Below, piece by piece: positions 25,867 through 39,364 of a stretch of 64,000 bases of DNA. Location: the NCBI RefSeq assembly GCF_006345805.1, contig NC_043021.1, positions 6,572,001 to 6,636,000 of the forward strand, in the 5' to 3' direction. The position numbers and the translations under genes are program-made. How positions within the stretch are numbered: the first letter of the stretch is position 1; every line of letters starts with the position of its first letter. Origin of the DNA: Octopus sinensis. Lineage: Eukaryota. The notes under the pieces were generated by a model that was not told where the DNA came from, ran no database searches, and worked only from the letters and a program-made list of their open reading frames with translations.

Positions 25867-27540
25867 CTGTATATACATATACACACACACACACACACTA
25901 ACACACATATAGATATATATATATACATATTTATATCTACGTATATGTATATATTTATACATGTATACTTGTGTTCATGTAGGTAGATAAATAAATAACC
26001 ACGTACATACGATTTTATCGACTAAAGGTTTCCAGTTACTCAAACAGTTTGAATAGAACAGAAAACCAGTGGAAACTTCCTACACATTGTCAATATCTTC
26101 TATCCATTGTCAGTCTTTTCTCTTGTCAATATCATCTGTTTCAGAGATACAAGAAGACGTTTTAACTCACACATACGCACACAAAGAATGCGTGTGTATT
26201 TTGTCTGAATTCTAGTGGTGGAAGTGTAAGCATCTGCAAACATGTTTCAGGCTCTTTGACAGGTGGGGAGAGTGTTAGCTCCTTGGCTTGGTCCAAAGAG
26301 TATGGTAAAAAAAAAAATTTTTTAAGGTGGTCACACTATGAACTTGAACCCGAAACCGTATAATTGTGAAGTGAACTTTTAATCAGACTGCCATGCATGC
26401 TGTAAACTTTATTTGTTTCATAATGAAATGCTAGATAAATATAGCCCAAGTGGTGTCATAATCAAATATATGGTTGTTTTTTTTGTGGTGGTGGAAGAAA
26501 TATATTTAGCCATCACTGATGAAAATCATCATCATCATCATCACTTCTTGTCAGCCATTAATTGCTGGCTAAATTCTTGGGAAGATCACTTGGCTCTTAT
26601 GCCTTCTTAAAAACGTATTTTCTTCTATTTTCTTCACTGCATAATTGCATTGACTTTGTAGTCGTGTTTAAAGCAAAAAAAATTGGCCTCTTCTGTCAGA
26701 GCATGGTTAGACTGCCTAATGTTCTTTGTTCCAACTCTTTACTCTTGGCTTGTAATCCTGCTAAGGTCAGTTTCTGAGGTCAATAAAAAAGTACCAATCC
26801 AGGACATGGAAATGGAGGAACTATTAAAGCATTCACAAGATGTCTTTGCACTGTCTCTTCTGGCTGTTTTGCATTTCAATAGCAATGTCTGTAATGATAC
26901 TACTTTCATTTTGTATCAGCTTTGAGGCAGCTGTCTTTTTCCCTTGGGCAACACAGGCTCAGGCACAGCTGTGTGGTTAAGAAATTTTTTTTCTCCAACT
27001 ACGTGGCTTGAGTTTTGTTCCACTGCGTGACACCCTGGGTGAGAGTCTTCTACAACTCCAATCTGAGTGGATTTGGTAGATGGAAACTGAATGAAACCCA
27101 GTCTCTAAATGTACGTGTGAGTGTTTGTGTCTCCTTGCCTTGGCATAGTGGTCTAGTTGTAACTGAGTGTCACTGTCATAAAAAACTGTATCATTCTTTT
27201 CCACTATTCTGCAAAAAAACAAAAACAAAAAAAAACATGTCTGGCCATGTGGAAGTATAATCTTGCTTGGAAGTAGGTAAAGGTTGACAACAGGGAGAGC
27301 ATCTGCCTCAATAAACCCTGCCCAGCCCATGAAAGCATAGAAAAGTGTCCATTAAAACATTGGTAGTATAAAGGAAAAGTGGGAATACTTGGATGTATGG
27401 GCAACGGCAGATACACCATTAGACTTGACTGACCAAAGCCATCAGAATGTACTCTTGTTTGAGGTTGCTTCCCCCCCCCCCGCTTTATTTTTTGCTGATG
27501 AGCCACTCATGCTATATTATTCGTTTAACCTTTCTCCTAT

Positions 27541-27775
27541 CTTTTTACTTGTTTGTCATTAGACTGCGACCATGCTAGGGCACCACCTTGAGCCCCAGCA
27601 TGGCCGCGGCCTTCGGGCTAAAACATTTTAAAGGATTTAATGTACCAACCCCAGTACTTGTTTCTTTATAAGTCTGGTACGTATTCTGTTTGTCTCTCTG
27701 CCAAACAGCTAAGTTACAGGGACATAAACAAACCAGCACCCATTGTCAAATGGTGTGGTGGGGGTCAAACACATA

Positions 27776-27819
<44 letters not shown>

Positions 27820-27957
27820 CATGTAAATGATAGGCTTCTTTCAGTTTCCATCTACCAAACCCGCTCACATGGCTTTGATCAGCCCAAGGTGTCACACAGA
27901 AGGACTGAACCCAGAACCATGTGGTTTAGAAGCAAGTTTCTAACCTCACAGCCATGC
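27541..27957 (-). mobile_element. SINE family A, old degenerate copy
   Basis: Diverged head, body and tail. Confidence 0.7.
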
Positions 27958-28370
27958 TGAGATTGTAAAGCATTCTCTGTTGTCTTTGCTGAGATTCTTG
28001 CTGTCTTGTCATGCAGAAACTTGCAGGTTCTATCAATTCCAAATAATTCTTTAAAATAACATTTCTGATTGGCCACAAACACTACATAGTACCTAGGGAA
28101 AGGGTTACTTTACAAGCATTTCACTTGACTAATGGTTAATTAGCCACGAGTTAATTGACTCAAGTGAAATGCAGTGAAGCAAATGGTATTGTTCAATAGC
28201 TTGCACGATGAGTGGTAGAAAAATACAGCCAAATTCCTTGAAGTCATACTCTGTTGTCTTAAAAATGGAAGGACACATTAGATTAGTATTTCTCAGCCAT
28301 CTTTTGTCCAAGGGCCCCTTTGGTTCTTATTTTACTCCACTGGGCTCTCATATCCATTTGATGTTTTAAA

Positions 28371-28484
28371 AATCAGTGTCCTCCAGTCAGTTCTATCCTG
28401 GGCCGCTTCTTTCAGATTGGCTATGTCCATTCCGGTATCCCTCTTGGTGTCAAGCCAGCGGGTTCTTGGTCGACCTCTTCCTCT
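28371..28484 (-). mobile_element. RTE-clade LINE ORF C-terminal fragment
   Basis: Translates to RGRGRPRTRWLDTKRDTGMDIANLKEAAQDRTDWRTLI, the typical RTE/BovB-like C-terminus (RGRP..RW.D / A.DR..WR). Confidence 0.85.
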
Positions 28485-28605
28485 ATAAACCTCAGTCACA
28501 TACCAATTATATGGTTATTTTCTAAATTTTTATATATAGACTAAATATAATATATAAAAATTTAGAAAATAACCATATAATAGTATGTGACCCCGAGGTT
28601 TGTAG
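28483..28605. repeat. Fold-back inverted repeat (~55-bp arms), possible tiny MITE
   Basis: CTATAAACCTCAGTCACATAC..ATATGGTTATTTTCTAAATTTTTATATA versus its reverse complement ending GTATGTGACCCCGAGGTTTGTAG. Confidence 0.8.
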
Positions 28606-28993
28606 TTGACCTACTGGCATAGTGTATCTAGGAAGAAGTATTATATAACATGGTATGGTAAAGAACAAATAAAAATCTGGCTATTGTTTTAAGTAGGTCA
28701 GAGATCTGTGTAATTAAAGGGTCTGTCTAATAAGTAGCAGTGTTGTCATTCAGCTCAGTTTGATCCAGCAGACCTGTAATTGAAGATATTTCAGCCACGC
28801 TCATCCTGTTTAAATTTTTAGCCCCAAGTCATCTTTACTCCAGGGATTATCCTGTCTTGCTGTTTGAGCTCAGATTAGCTTTGGTCCAACAGATCTGCGA
28901 CCAAAGACTTACTTTCCCGTCTGAACCATCCGATGTCATTCATTTTGTTAGCAGTTCACTCCAGACATGACTAACCTGTCTTTCTATATTTAA

Positions 28994-29207
28994 CCCTTTC
29001 GTTACTGTATTTATTTTGAGATGCTCTGTGTTTCTTTTAATAAATTTTAAATATAACAAAGAATTCAGTAAAATAACTTAGTTATCATTAAGCTTGTGTT
29101 AGGAACATAAATTGTGACTAAGGTTTGGTGGAAAATTTTAATTTGATACTTATAAAAACAAGACTACAGAGCCAGAGGTGGTTTTGGCCGGGTTGGTATC
29201 AAAAGGG
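28994..29207. mobile_element. piggyBac-type MITE family 2 (TTAA TSD, CCCTTT TIR)
   Basis: TTAA|CCCTTTCGTTAC...GTATCAAAAGGG|TTAA; further copies at 34068-34284 and 48126-48347. Confidence 0.85.
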
Positions 29208-29979
29208 TTAAAACTAGATGTGTCTATCCAGTTTTTAAGATGATAATGTGTGATTTGAAGTAACTTGGCTGCTGTTTCTAACAGGTTGTGTGACTGAATA
29301 GAAACTCACTTCATGTGTGTAATGTAAAGAGATTGGCTTATTAATTTGTAGTTTCTGTACTTCTTTTTTCACTACCTCCCCATCTCTTCTCATAGATTTC
29401 TGAATATTTCATGTGATTAATTAAACACATATGGAATTTTTATATTGAGTCAGAAATCAATGGTGTATATATATAAATATATATATGTGTGTGTGTTACT
29501 ACCTCTGTCTCACTTTGTCCATATATGTATGTATCTATCTATCTCTCCTTATTTCTCTCTCTCTCTCGCCCTCTGCCTGTCTATCTCTCCGTGTCTTGGG
29601 CAAATATTTTCTGATTACCATACTTGCCAGAACCTTTTTCTTTCTACTACTAACTACTATTACTCGAAGTTCACCTAGTAACTTTTCCCACAGTCAGTGG
29701 TCCAAAGGAAGTGGGCTAATGATGTACCCCCTTATTATTATTATTATTATTTTTTCTTTTGTTTAACCACCAAGTCAGTTTACCTCATATCTATCATAGC
29801 CAAATCTTGCCCCAAATCAGAGAAGTGTATTTATTCTAGATAATGTAGTATTCATACACTTATATATATATTCAATCTTACTTGCAATGACAAATCTGCT
29901 GAAAAATAGCTGAGTTTAAGCTAAACAACAACCTTGTTCCACTCACCCCTGCCTCTCTCTCTCTCTCTCTTTTATTATA

Positions 29980-30023
<44 letters not shown>

Positions 30024-30027
30024 TTTC

Positions 30028-30248
30028 ATTCTTTTACTTGTTGCAGTCATTTGACTGCAGCCATACTCCAGCACCGCCTTGAACTTAGTCAAACAAATCG
30101 ACCCCATGACTGATTTTTTAAGCTCAGTACTTATTCTATCGGTTTCTTTTGCTGAACCGCTAAGTTATGGGCATGTACACACACCAACACTGGTTGTCAA
30201 ATGGTGATGAAGGAGGACAAATACAGACACTAAGACACACTCACAAAG

Positions 30249-30282
<34 letters not shown>

Positions 30283-30440
30283 TATGGGCTTCTTTCAGTT
30301 TCTGTCTACCAAATGCACTCACAAGGCTTTAATTGGCCTGTGGCTCTGTAGTAGAAGACATTTGCCCAAGGTGCCATGCAGTGGGACTGAACCCGGAACC
30401 ATGTGGTTGGGAAGCAAACTTCTTACCACACAGCCATGCC
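30028..30440 (-). mobile_element. SINE family A, diverged
   Basis: Reverse complement of the family consensus. Confidence 0.85.
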
Positions 30441-30475
30441 TATATATATATATATAATATATATATATATATATC

Positions 30476-30705
30476 GTTGCTATTATGTTAAACTGTTGTA
30501 TGTCCAAATTCTATCAATATTTATTTTTGCTTGCAATAGCCGGTTCTTTTTGGTCAAACTATCGTATCTCCAGCTGCTTCTGATGCCAAGATGTCGAAAA
30601 TGTCAAAGTGTAGTACAACGGTTTTGCTATGGAATGGTGAAACTATTTTTTCGTTTTCTGGAAAAGCAACATTTTGGACTTACGACACTTTTGCATAACA
30701 GCAAC
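30476..30705. mobile_element. MITE with ~33-bp imperfect TIRs, in a TA repeat
   Basis: GTTGCTATTATGTTAAACTGTTGTATGTCCAAA versus TTTGGACTTACGACACTTTTGCATAACAGCAAC. Confidence 0.75.
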
Positions 30706-30887
30706 AATATATATATATATGTTTGCGTGGGTGTCTTTGAGTGTTGGTGTGTTTGTATCCCTGTAACTTGGCTGTTTGTCAGAAGAGACCGATAGACTAA
30801 GTACCAGGCTTAAAAAATAAGTACTGGGGTCAAGTGGTGCCCCAGCATGGCTGCAGTCTAATGACTAAAACAAGTAAAAGATAAAAG

Positions 30888-30918
<31 letters not shown>

Positions 30919-31457
30919 ATGTACACTCTGACACCCACACTTCATTCTGTAAGTCAAATTTCATCAAACAGACCTTATCAAAATACTTACCAAACATAAA
31001 AATGTTCTAGACAAAGTGTATCCAAAGTAATTGTAATTCTAGATACACTGGTATGCTGTTATTTGAGCAATTTGACTGCTATTTCTAGTAAAGACCCTTT
31101 GTTGTTCAGTGTGTATGTATGTGTATATATATATATATAATATGTATTCGCAGTATAATGAAATACTTTGAAGCTACACATCTCCCTACCCTACTGGTTT
31201 TTTTTTCTCCATCCATGCCCACCACCACCTGTCAAGAAATTCATTGAATAGGCAAGTCATATATTAATCAAAGAACTCGTTGGTCCTCGGTCTTTGAAGT
31301 TCCTGTCTTGAGCTGAAATCTTATCACAATGAACCATATTGGCTATTTTGTTAGCAGTGTTTGGCGGTGGTGGTCGGTTCATGTTCTGATTCTTAGAAGA
31401 AATAGATAGAAGCAATTAATTACAAACTATATATATCTACCTGTTTCTCTCTCTCCG

Positions 31458-31488
<31 letters not shown>

Positions 31489-31833
31489 ATATATATTTAT
31501 TCCGTTATTCTGAGACGATTATATTGACCTCAGTACTTAGTCTTATACTTATTTTTATTAATTGTTATCAAATGGGTAAGTTCACCTTGGATTAAATTAA
31601 TATAACTTGAGCTCTCACTAAACAGCACTAACACCATTTCCTCCAGGAGGTCAAAATATCTCTTGAAAATGTTAATGGTCTTAGAAGTGTTAGTGTTCTA
31701 ATTTCCACCTGTAGGACTCAGAAGGAAATGTGAGAAACATTACTATATATATATATATATATACACACAAATCTACCTTCTCTATAATGTTGCCACTTGA
31801 TATGAAAATTTTTGTATTAATGGAAAACCTCTA

Positions 31834-31926
31834 TAATTGGCTGATGAGTGCTCAGCATTTTAAAACTGTTGTAATACTTACAACATTTAATAACATGATG
31901 TAGTACGAAACAATCGTACCAAATTA
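31834..31926 (+). ncRNA. Type I hammerhead ribozyme with intact core and extended stem II
   Basis: Stem I TAATTGG/CCAA(A)TTA; CTGATGA 31841-47; stem II GTGCT/AGTAC capped by the TGTTGTAA-TAC-TTACAACA hairpin; GAAA 31907-10; stem III AC-AATC-GT; GUA cleavage triplet 31916-18. Confidence 0.8.
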
Positions 31927-31993
31927 CCGGAGTCATTCTTGTTGCTTATTTTGATTATAATCACCCCACGGATTTTTATGGATAACACCATTC

Positions 31994-32062
<69 letters not shown>

Positions 32063-32075
32063 GTATAATTGCTTC

Positions 32076-32469
32076 AGGCGTGGCTGTATGGTAAGAAGGT
32101 TGTTTCTCAATCATTTGGTTCTGGGTTCAGTCCCATTGCATGGCACCTTGAGCCAATGTCTTCTGCTATAGCTTCAGGCCGACCAAAGCCTTGTGAGTGG
32201 ATTTTGTGGATGGAAGCTGAAAGAAGCTTGTTGTATATGTTTATGTGTCTTCATGTCTATGTTTGTCCCCCCCCCCCCCATCACTGCTTGACAACTGGTG
32301 TTGGTGTGCTTACATCCCCATAAATTAACAGTTCAGCAAAAGAGACCGATAGAATAGGTATTAGGCTTACAAAGTGTAAGTCCTGGGGTCAATGTTTTTG
32401 ACTAAAAAAACCCTTCAAGGTGGTGCTCCAGTATGACCGCAGTCAGATGACTGAAACAAGTAAAAGAAT
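32076..32469 (+). mobile_element. SINE family A, diverged
   Basis: Matches the family consensus. Confidence 0.85.
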
Positions 32470-32924
32470 AAAATAATATATATATATATATTCAAATATA
32501 TGTATGTATTATTTATATAGAGACATATATACAGATACACAGTAATATATATAGATACCCTGTTGGATGTATGCACTTTTGTATTATGCTGTGCCAGCTG
32601 TTTATACTGTGTGTATATATATATATATATCTGTGTGTGAGTATATTTAGAAAAATGTGTGTTGAGGCATTCTTATTTGTATATAACATAGTCACATGAC
32701 CTTCCCAGTCATCAGCCCAAAATGAGTTGGGGAGGTGAAGTAGAGTCAGTCATATCATCTCCATCTTAGTATTTAACTGGGGATTTTCTGAAGGGTGACC
32801 TACAGAGTCAGCTTTTCATAATCATAATAATGATTTCTGTTATTGCCATAAGTGCAACAGATGGTAGACATTACAATGACAAACTATGAAAAATGGTAGA
32901 TGTGTATTAAAATAGTTAATAAGT

Positions 32925-33319
32925 GGCGCAGGAGTGGCTGTGTGGTAAGTAGCTTGTTTATCAACCACATGGTTCCGGGTTCAGTCCTACTGCGTGGCAC
33001 CTTGGGCAAGTGTCTTCTACTATAGCCTCGGGCCGACCAAAGCCTTGTGAGTGGATTTGGTAGACGGAAACTGAAAGAAGCCCGTCGTATATATATATAT
33101 GTATATATGTGTGTTTGTGTTTGTCCCCCTAGCATTGCTTGACAGCCGATGCTGGTGTGTTTATGTCCCCGTTACTTAGCAGTTCGGCAAAAGAGACCGA
33201 TAGAATAAGTACTGGGCTTACAAAAGAATAAGTCCCGGGGTCGAGTTGCTCGATTAAAGGCGGTGCTCCAGCATGGCCGCAGTCAAATGACTGAAACAAG
33301 TAGAAGAGTAAAAGAGTAA
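32925..33319 (+). mobile_element. SINE family A, full length
   Basis: Matches the family consensus. Confidence 0.92.
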
Positions 33320-35139
33320 GTGATGTGAAAGCTATATGTTGTATGTATTTTCCAATAGGAAGCAACACTATTTAGAGACAATCAGGAAATCCTTACTTAA
33401 GTCACTGGATGATTATTTTTACAAAAGGTGAGTTTTCGTGATCTGTAATCATATATTCAGAGCTGGCTATATTTGTAAATATTATTAATAACAGTTACTT
33501 AAGACCAGAGATTGCTACCGAGTAACCGCTGGCGTAGATATAACTAACCAACTGACAGATATTAAATTAAGTTTAGGTTTATATAGTAAACAGCAGGAAA
33601 TAAACTGACCACATTCTCCTTGCATGTCTGGTCTTGGACAAGAAGATATCTTTATCATAATTTGATCCCTGCCACCCTTCACTCAAAAGTGATTTCATAG
33701 TTCTTTCCCCAGTGCTCATGACCTTGCATTGGAACTCCAAGACCTTGTAGACCTTATCCTGAATCACTGGTGATGATATCTGGATAGAAGACCTTATGAC
33801 TTCTGCTAACAAGCTGACATCTCCAAAGAACAAATGATGACATTACCTTATTTTTGGTACTAAAGTCTCTCCGTTTGTGTGACAAGTGTTTAAAGACTCG
33901 TAAATTCACTTTCACATTTAGATGTATTTTCAAATGAAAGATTTTATACCTTAACATATTTGTTGAATAACCATCTAATCATTTTAATTTTCTTTGGAGA
34001 TTTCTATGTCACTGAACTTATGCAAGAGAACTGGTTCAACAAGAACTTGGAAGATATTGATTTTCAACCCTTTTGTAACCATATTTCTGTTGAAATACAA
34101 CTCTTTATTTTAATTAATTTCAAACATAAAAACTAAGTAAAATAACTTTGTCACTATTAAGCTAGTGTTTATAAGTAAAATGAACATGAAATGTTGATGT
34201 AAAATTTTAATTTAGATAATTTTAAAACAAGAAATATATACGATAGAACAAGGGGCTAATCTTGGGCATTTGGTATCAAAAGGGTTAAAAAATCAGCTTC
34301 AATGAAGAACCCCAAAACTAGCCAATTTGTTGCAAGCTGATGATAATGTCATTGCCTTTCAGTTGAGAAAATTCTTTTCTGAGCTCATCACATTCTGTTA
34401 TTCTTTCACTCCAATAGTTTGCTGAATGACTATTAGTATTTGTAAAAGTCCATGGTCAGCTCTGATTGGACATATTTGTGGTCTTAATCATTCTGACCGT
34501 GACCATTCAGTACTTGTATATCCTTGTGTAGGGCTACATTGTCCATTGTGTCCTAATCTTTCTTTAAGATGGTAGTGTGCCATTTGAGAGTGATTTGGCT
34601 ACTATTTCTCTTAAGGTGTTATGGCCACATAGAGAGAGAGAGAGAAAGAGAGAGACACTCTGTCTCATTGGCTCAAATGTCTATTAGTATATAATGTATA
34701 TTAGCAAGATCGTAAGAGACTTTAGTTGCACACACTTATATACCAACACCAACTATTTAAGTACTCACTAACCAAGACAACAGTTGAAATATTTAAAAAT
34801 ATTTTCTCCAGTATTGATTTCCTTGCTTAACTAATTTAAAATCAATTTCAGCTGAGATAAATGTGAAGTTGTCTTCTTGTAACAGACACCATCACCTCTT
34901 CTCTCTCTCTCTTTCTGCACCTTACCCCACCCCACCCCCAAATCTTGACTATTTTCAGTCAATACTAAAACTGTTTAGTGTCCTTCCTCTGCTCTAATAC
35001 CCGTAGACTCTAATATGATGTATCACCTTCAGAACTTATTTTGTCCAGTGACATTTCCTTACGCTGCTCTTTTCACAGATTCTTTTTATTTTCAAAACTT
35101 CACAGATCCTTTGTGTGTGTGTGTGTATGTATGTATATA

Positions 35140-35218
<79 letters not shown>

Positions 35219-35224
35219 TATATC

Positions 35225-35370
35225 GTGGAGTGGTTGGCGTTAGGAAGGGCATCCAGCTGTAGAAACACTGCCAGATCAGACTGGAGCCTGGTGCAGCCCC
35301 TGGCTTCCCAGACCCCGGTCGAACCATCTAACCCGTGCTAGCGCGGAAAACAGACGTTAAACGATGATGA
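35225..35370 (+). mobile_element. SINE family C 3' end
   Basis: Matches 8845-8990 and 59845-60000. Confidence 0.85.
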
Positions 35371-35380
35371 TATATATATA

Positions 35381-35469
35381 TATCTGTAAATTAATATGTT
35401 ACCATTATACATTATACCATAGTCAAGATAAAACTCTGAGTTTAATGGTAACATATTAATTTACAGATA
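35381..35469. repeat. 27-bp perfect inverted repeat in a TA-flanked Penelope-like fragment (35381-35531)
   Basis: TATCTGTAAATTAATATGTTACCATTA / TAATGGTAACATATTAATTTACAGATA. Confidence 0.8.
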
Positions 35470-35527
35470 AATTTCCTCTATTTACATAATATTGAGGTCT
35501 CTTTCTTTTGTTATCTTACCGTTTTTA

Positions 35528-35578
<51 letters not shown>

Positions 35579-37553
35579 ATATGGCAAAGGAAAGACGGAA
35601 AATAGAAGATACGAGAATTTATTATTAATCACGACAATTGTTTTGACACATTTAGCATCGGTTCCTCATGGGTGGGACAGACACTCAACAACTGGTTCAG
35701 GAGCATCCGGTGGTGCAGATTTATCTTGTTGGGTAATGAATAAACACAACCTGTTAAAATGACTGTTCCGCAGTGTAACTTCCCGTTTTGTAGAAAGGAA
35801 AGCAGCCACACGGAGGAAATATCTTCGTTTATATATAGAAGATCAAAAATAAAATCACAGATGGCAAAAAGAGAAACGAACATGCAATCCATCGAGAAAA
35901 GTATTAAAAATAACCGTTGACAGATATGGATGTATAAATGCCCTTGGGCAAGCTGCATGGCGCGAGTACACTTGTTCATACAAGCATCTGCAAAAATAGG
36001 AGCATATGCACGCATGAGATTTGCTGCACTCATGATTACAAAGCGAGTTAGCTTATCTACTTGGTGTTTATAAGAATGGGGAAGTTAAAAGTAAACTTAA
36101 GTCATCCATACCTTAAAGTAAATATAATTAAATTAAGTTAACGGTTACTCAAAATTCATTCTCACTGCATTGTGCAAAAGCACACACATTTATATGCATA
36201 TAGACATCTCGGGAGTCATTCAGAAATTCTCGTAGGATACCTTCACAGTGTGTCGATTAAAAATACCATGATACCGATTAGATTTAGGAAAGCACTTGTC
36301 CAAAGCAGCAAAGAACTGGTTTATACAGACATTATCTTTTCAGGGCTTCTCAGATTAGTAGAAGGTGGAGGAGGAAGTTATCCTCAAAGTCAATTACATC
36401 AACCCCAGTATTTAACTGGTACTTATTCTATCGACCCCCAGAAGTATGAAAGGCATAGTGTGAAGATGGACAAAAGCATTTCACCCGGCATGCTAATATT
36501 ACTGCCAACTTGCAGCCTTACCAGAGGGTAATGTTAAGCAAGGAAATAGATTAAGCTGGACAAGGGATAAAGTCTTATGATCTAAGAAGAAGAATTCAGA
36601 ATGCAAAGAGTAGTCCTGTAGAGCATCTTGTCAAAAGCTAACAATTTCACAACTACACAATCATGGAATGAGACTTTATTGATCTTCAAAGGAAAAACGA
36701 TAAAGCTGATCTTGGTAGGATTTGAACTTGGAGTGCAGAGATCCAGAACAAATATTGTAAGGCATTTTGCCTTACATTTCTTATAACTCTGCCAATTATA
36801 TACCTATGTATAAACTGTCTGTATAAACCAGTTCTTTGCTGCTTTGGACAAGTGTTTTCCTAAATCTAATTGGTATCATGGACATAGGGAATCTTACCTT
36901 ACTCGGAAACAGGTGAAAGTTGGTGACAGGAAGGGCATCCAGCTATAGAAATATCTGCTTCAGCAAATTCCATTCAGTCCATAAAAGTATGAAAACGTGG
37001 ATGTCAAACGACAATGATAATGACGATGATCTGTGTCTATGTAGTTATTTGGTTCATGATGTTATTAGAAAAATCTCTTGTTACATTAACGGTCTTTATT
37101 AACGAAATGAGGTTAATGACTTGCGACTTATTAAACTACAAACCACATTGTCTGAAAGCATCCAAGCCTCATGTCCCAGTGACATTTACAGATAATTGCT
37201 ATCAGAAAACATTCTGTAATGCCACAAAAGTAGCCCAAACTGATTTGCTGCTCTTACTTAAAACATCCCTTAATGACTACATGCTATTGAAGTTGGTGTT
37301 TACTTTCTAGTTTTAATCTTTTATGTAATAACCCACCTGAGAAAACCTTGTTTATTCTAAAATATAAAAGCACAAAATAGAAGCAAAATGCTAGTTTTGT
37401 TTCTAAATGTTTTATATTTAAATTAAAGATGGCCATCATAATTTTATGTAAGAATTTTTGTGAAGTTTATCTACTTGTATATATGTTTATATATATATGT
37501 GTGTGTATATATAGATATATATACATACATACATACACATATATGTATGTGTG

Positions 37554-37587
<34 letters not shown>

Positions 37588-37914
37588 GGTGCAGAAGTGG
37601 CTTTGTGGTAAGTAGCTTGCTTACCAACCACATGGTTTCAGGTTCAGTCCCACTACGTGGTACCTTGGGCAAGTGTCTTCTAATATAGCCTCGGGCCGAC
37701 CAAAGCCTTGTGAGTGGATTTGGTAGACGGAAACTGAAAGAAGCCCGTTGTATATATGTATGTGTGTGTATATGTAACTTAGCGATTTAGCAAAAGAGAG
37801 CGATAAAATAAGTACTTGGGTTACAAAGATTAAGTTCTGGAGTCGATTTGTTCGACTAAAGGTGAAGCTCCAGCATGGTCACAGTTAAATGACTGAAACA
37901 ACTAAAAGAAAAGA
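37588..37914 (+). mobile_element. SINE family A
   Basis: Matches the family consensus, with an internal deletion. Confidence 0.88.
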
Positions 37915-37947
37915 ATATATATATATATACACACATACACATGCATG

Positions 37948-37988
<41 letters not shown>

Positions 37989-38693
37989 TGCAGCTAGTAT
38001 ACATCTATTGGTGTAGATTAATGTACAATGAGTGCTTAGATCAGCTTACCACCAAAACTCCAGCTTGAAGTGTGAAAGAGAACAAGGTGTTGAAATATCC
38101 TATCCAAGGTGGCTAAAAGTGATACCTACCTGATTCAGTGGGTATAAATAGATTTAAAAAATGGTAGACAGACAAGCAAAACATTTGGTGTTATTTGTGG
38201 ATATTTACTTCATAATGAGGTATAAAAAATATATATATTATATTAGTCAACCCTCCTACTGTGGATACTAGTTTTAATCCATTTATAAGTTTATATTAGT
38301 TTAGCTGTGTGATAAAAAGCTCACTTCCCAACCATATGGTTCCAGGTTCAGTTCCACTGTGTGGCACCTTGGGCAAGTATCTTCTACTATAGCTTTGGGC
38401 CAACCAAAGCCTTGTGACTGGATTTGGTGGATGGAAAGTGAAAGAAGCCATTATGTATCTCTCTCTCTCTCTCTCTCTCTCTGTATATATATATATATAT
38501 ATGCCTGAGGCTATAGTAAAAGACACTTGCCCAGGTGCCACACAGTGGGACTGAACCCAAAACCATGTGGTTGGGAAGCAAGCTTCTTAGCACACAGCCA
38601 GACCTGTGCTTTTGCTCAATGTGACCATGTGTGTACCGCTGGCGATTTTTTTTTCCTCTGTCTTCCCTTCTCTGGATCTTTCCTTCTCCTATG

Positions 38694-38725
38694 TTTCTGA
38701 CGAAGAGCTCCGCTCGAAACGTTAA
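38694..38725 (+). ncRNA. Minimal type I hammerhead motif in a Penelope-like fragment (~38630-38820)
   Basis: TTT CTGACGA A GAGC TCC GCTC GAAA CGTT AA, identical in its core to the copy at 10858-10890. Confidence 0.7.
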
Positions 38726-39364
38726 TCCCTCCTTCTTTCCTAAGCGTCCAATAATACTATATTTGTTCCACGTCCTCGCGTTGTTGTGTTTTTTTGTGCT
38801 TTGATGTTTGGATTAACTTTATATAGATATATATATATATATATATATATTTATATGTGTGTGTCTTTGTGTCTGTTTGTCCCTCTCACCATTGCTTGAC
38901 AACTAATGTTGGTGTGTTTACATCCCTGTAACTTAGCGGTTCAAAAAAAGAGACCAATAGAGTAAGTCCTGGGGTTGATTTCTTCAACCAAAAGACCTTT
39001 CAGTGTGGTGCTCCAGCATGGCTGCAGTCAAATGACTGAAACAAGTAAAAGAATAATGATAATGTTTCTAATTTAAGCACAAGGCCAGCAGTTTTAGAGG
39101 AATAACTTGATTACATCAATCCTAGTATTTAGCTGGTACGGTTAAGAAACTTGAAAGGACAAAAGGCAAAGTTGACTTCAGCAGGATTTGAACTCAGATT
39201 ATTATGCTTTGAGAGCCTGAACAACAATGATAATTCACACAGGTCAGTGTTTTTGTGGGTGTTTTTTTTTTTTGTTTTTAACCAATGAAAGATTAAAAAA
39301 GAGAAGGAAAAAGTTCTTTCTCATGGACGTATATCTTTCTCATAGGTGTATATTTTTTTCTATA

